Origin: Pecten maximus
Lineage: Eukaryota
Direction: 5' to 3'
Assembly: GCF_902652985.1 (NCBI RefSeq)
Contig: NC_047032.1
Location: 3,844,001-3,908,000, forward strand
DNA: 64,000 bases
A program made the position numbers and the translations under genes. The notes under the pieces are model-generated. The model ran no database searches. It had not been told where the DNA came from and saw only the letters and a program-made list of their open reading frames with translations. Position 1 is the stretch's first letter. The number at the start of each line of letters is the position of its first letter. Below are positions 62,214-64,000 of the stretch, piece after piece.

Positions 62214-62453
62214 CTATATATCGAATCCCACGCCCTTATTTCTCTTCTTGGCTAGGTTGAATGTGCTGATGAAAGCCTCTCTTTGACATTCCTCCAGAAG
62301 GAAGTTGAATTGTGGGACAACTTGATCTGCTGGAGACACAGACATATCTGACTGACTCTCGACTCCTGACGGTGATCGAGGGGGTGATATTTGTACATAG
62401 TCTGCAGCGCCATCTATAAAATCTTCCACTCGATCCTTGTTTTCATTCTCAAA
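62214..62453 (-). CDS. VPS13B: VPS13B last coding exon
   Basis: tttcag|TTTGAG acceptor, phase 0, 240 nt to TAG. ...REAFISTFNLAKKRNKGVGFDI resembles the VPS13B C-terminus (QVFLSKFTMVKNKALRKGF, from memory). Confidence 0.82.
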   Translation of the reverse strand, partial: FENENKDRVEDFIDGAADYVQISPPRSPSGVESQSDMSVSPADQVVPQFNFLLEECQREAFISTFNLAKKRNKGVGFDI

Positions 62454-62717
62454 CTGAAACAGACAAACGGAAACAAATATCTTAATTTGCTGCTAGTGAC
62501 ATCACAGAAATTATCACTCTTGTTCATTTAATATCTGACTCAATCTGAAATGTCAAAATGTATCAAATATTAGATCTACAGTATCTCAAATTTACCATTG
62601 TATCCTTCATAGTGTATCTTAGCAATTCCGATATTGGCTTAGATTAGTAAGACACGTGTATAAACAGTTATCATACACTTGAGTAGAATTATAATTCAAC
62701 TTGTGATTTCTTATTAC

Positions 62718-62961
62718 CTCCCCTGTTCTCTGATGTGAGTGATCTTTCCAGAGCAGAGTCAAGAGGTTTGGATTTCCAGACTTGACCTCCAATTCAGCCA
62801 ATGAAAATGCTTGTTGTTGACAATCCTCTTCACAGTTCATGACAAATAGCAGCTCATTGGTTATCAGAAGTTCAACTCTAACCTCTGACCCAGAGACATC
62901 AAGAAAGGTAGCAGACATAGAGGTCAAAAGGTCATTACTGGGCACAGTTTGCAGCAATTTT
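62718..62961 (-). CDS. VPS13B: VPS13B penultimate coding exon
   Basis: ttcaacag acceptor, GAG|GTAAT donor. KLLQT...SGSE...LLITNELLFV...EEDCQQQAF...NLLTL resembles human KMLQS...SGQE...LLLTSEVLFV...EDTQQQAF...NLLTV. Confidence 0.88.
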
Positions 62962-63112
62962 CTGTTGAAATTGGAAAGATCAATTTTTAAAACAAAAAAC
63001 TTTGAAAACGGTTTTTACAGAAATGACGAATCATCAAGACAGATAAGTTCAAATGTTATGAATATATAGAATAGACAACCAGCCAGGTCCAAAAATATGA
63101 ACATATTGTGTC

Positions 63113-64000
63113 CAGTCACTCACAGTCAGTCATTGGGAGTGAGGCTGTACCTAACCAGTCACCCACAGTCAGCCATTGGGAGTGAGGCTGTACCCAACCA
63201 GTCACCCACAGTCAGCCATTGGGAGTGAGGCTGTACCCAACCAATCACTCACAGTCAGTCATTGCGAGTGAGGCTGTACCCAACCAATCACTCACAGTCA
63301 GTCATTGGGAGTGAGGCTGTACCCAACCAGTCACCAACAGTCAGCCATTTGGAGTGAGGATGTACCCAACCAGTCACCCACAGTCAGTCATTGGGAATGA
63401 GGCTATACCCAACCAGTCACCCACGGTCCACCATAGGGAGTGAGGCTATACCCAACCAGTCACCCAGTCAGTCATTGGGAGTGAGGCTGTACCCAACCAG
63501 TCACCCACAAGTCAGTGATTGGGAATGAGGCTATACCCAACCAGTCACCCACAGTCAGTCATTGGGAGTGAGGCTGTACCCAACCAGTCACCCACAAGTC
63601 AGTCATTGGGAATGAGGCTATACCCAACCAGTCACCCACAGTCAGTCATTGGGAGTGAGGCTGTACCCAACCAGTCACCCACAGTCAGTCATTGGGAGTG
63701 AGGCTATACCCAACCAGTCACCCACAGTAAGCCACTGGGAGTGAGGCTGTACCCAACCAGTCACCCACAGTAAGCCATTGGGAGTGAGGCCGACCAATCA
63801 GTTTCCCAGCTGTACCCAACCAGTCACCCACAGTTAGTCATTGGGAGTGGGGCTGTACCCAACCAGTCACCCACAGTCAGTGATTGGGAGTGAGGTTGTA
63901 CCCAACCAGTCACCCACAGTCAGCCATTGGGAGTGGGCTGTACCCAACCAGTCACCCACAGTCAGCCATTGGGAGTGGGGCTGTACCCAACCAGTCAGTG
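63113..64000. repeat. 43-bp intronic satellite in VPS13B (~20 copies, runs off window)
   Basis: cacagtcagtcattgggagtgaggctgtacccaaccagtcacc. Confidence 0.96.

Overview
AT-rich eukaryotic (animal) genomic DNA with spliceosomal introns. The repeat families and the HEPN/STAND/ankyrin gene suggest a bivalve mollusc (inference). Two conserved minus-strand housekeeping genes bracket the window: the 5' end of PIKfyve/FAB1 (coding exons 4660-4768, 3616-3738, 2184-2314) and the last two exons of VPS13B (62718-62961, 62214-62453). Between them are two blocks. (i) About 6-35 kb is a pile of nested, mostly dead DNA transposons: an intron-containing PHD-FLYWCH-MULE element in two complementary partial copies, a Tc1 DD34E element split by an IS3EU-like insertion, P-like and 9-bp-TSD MITEs, Helentron-type non-autonomous elements, and two tandem duplications that end at transposon termini. 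(ii) An apparently intact 7-coding-exon plus-strand gene (36110-53343, 1237 aa by my splicing, all introns phase 1) has the architecture signal peptide - TM - Ig - DZIP3-like HEPN RNase - coiled coil - STAND (nSTAND3-like) NTPase - ankyrin repeats with hypervariable positions. This NLR-like, probably membrane-tethered HEPN-nuclease immune receptor is the best candidate for a novel system. Also notable: six tiny P-element-type excision footprints (four independent sites) with 7-bp TSDs retaining at most about 17 nt per TIR, and three satellites that are tandem amplifications of real exon-intron junctions. All family assignments are by eye and recall; no database search was run.
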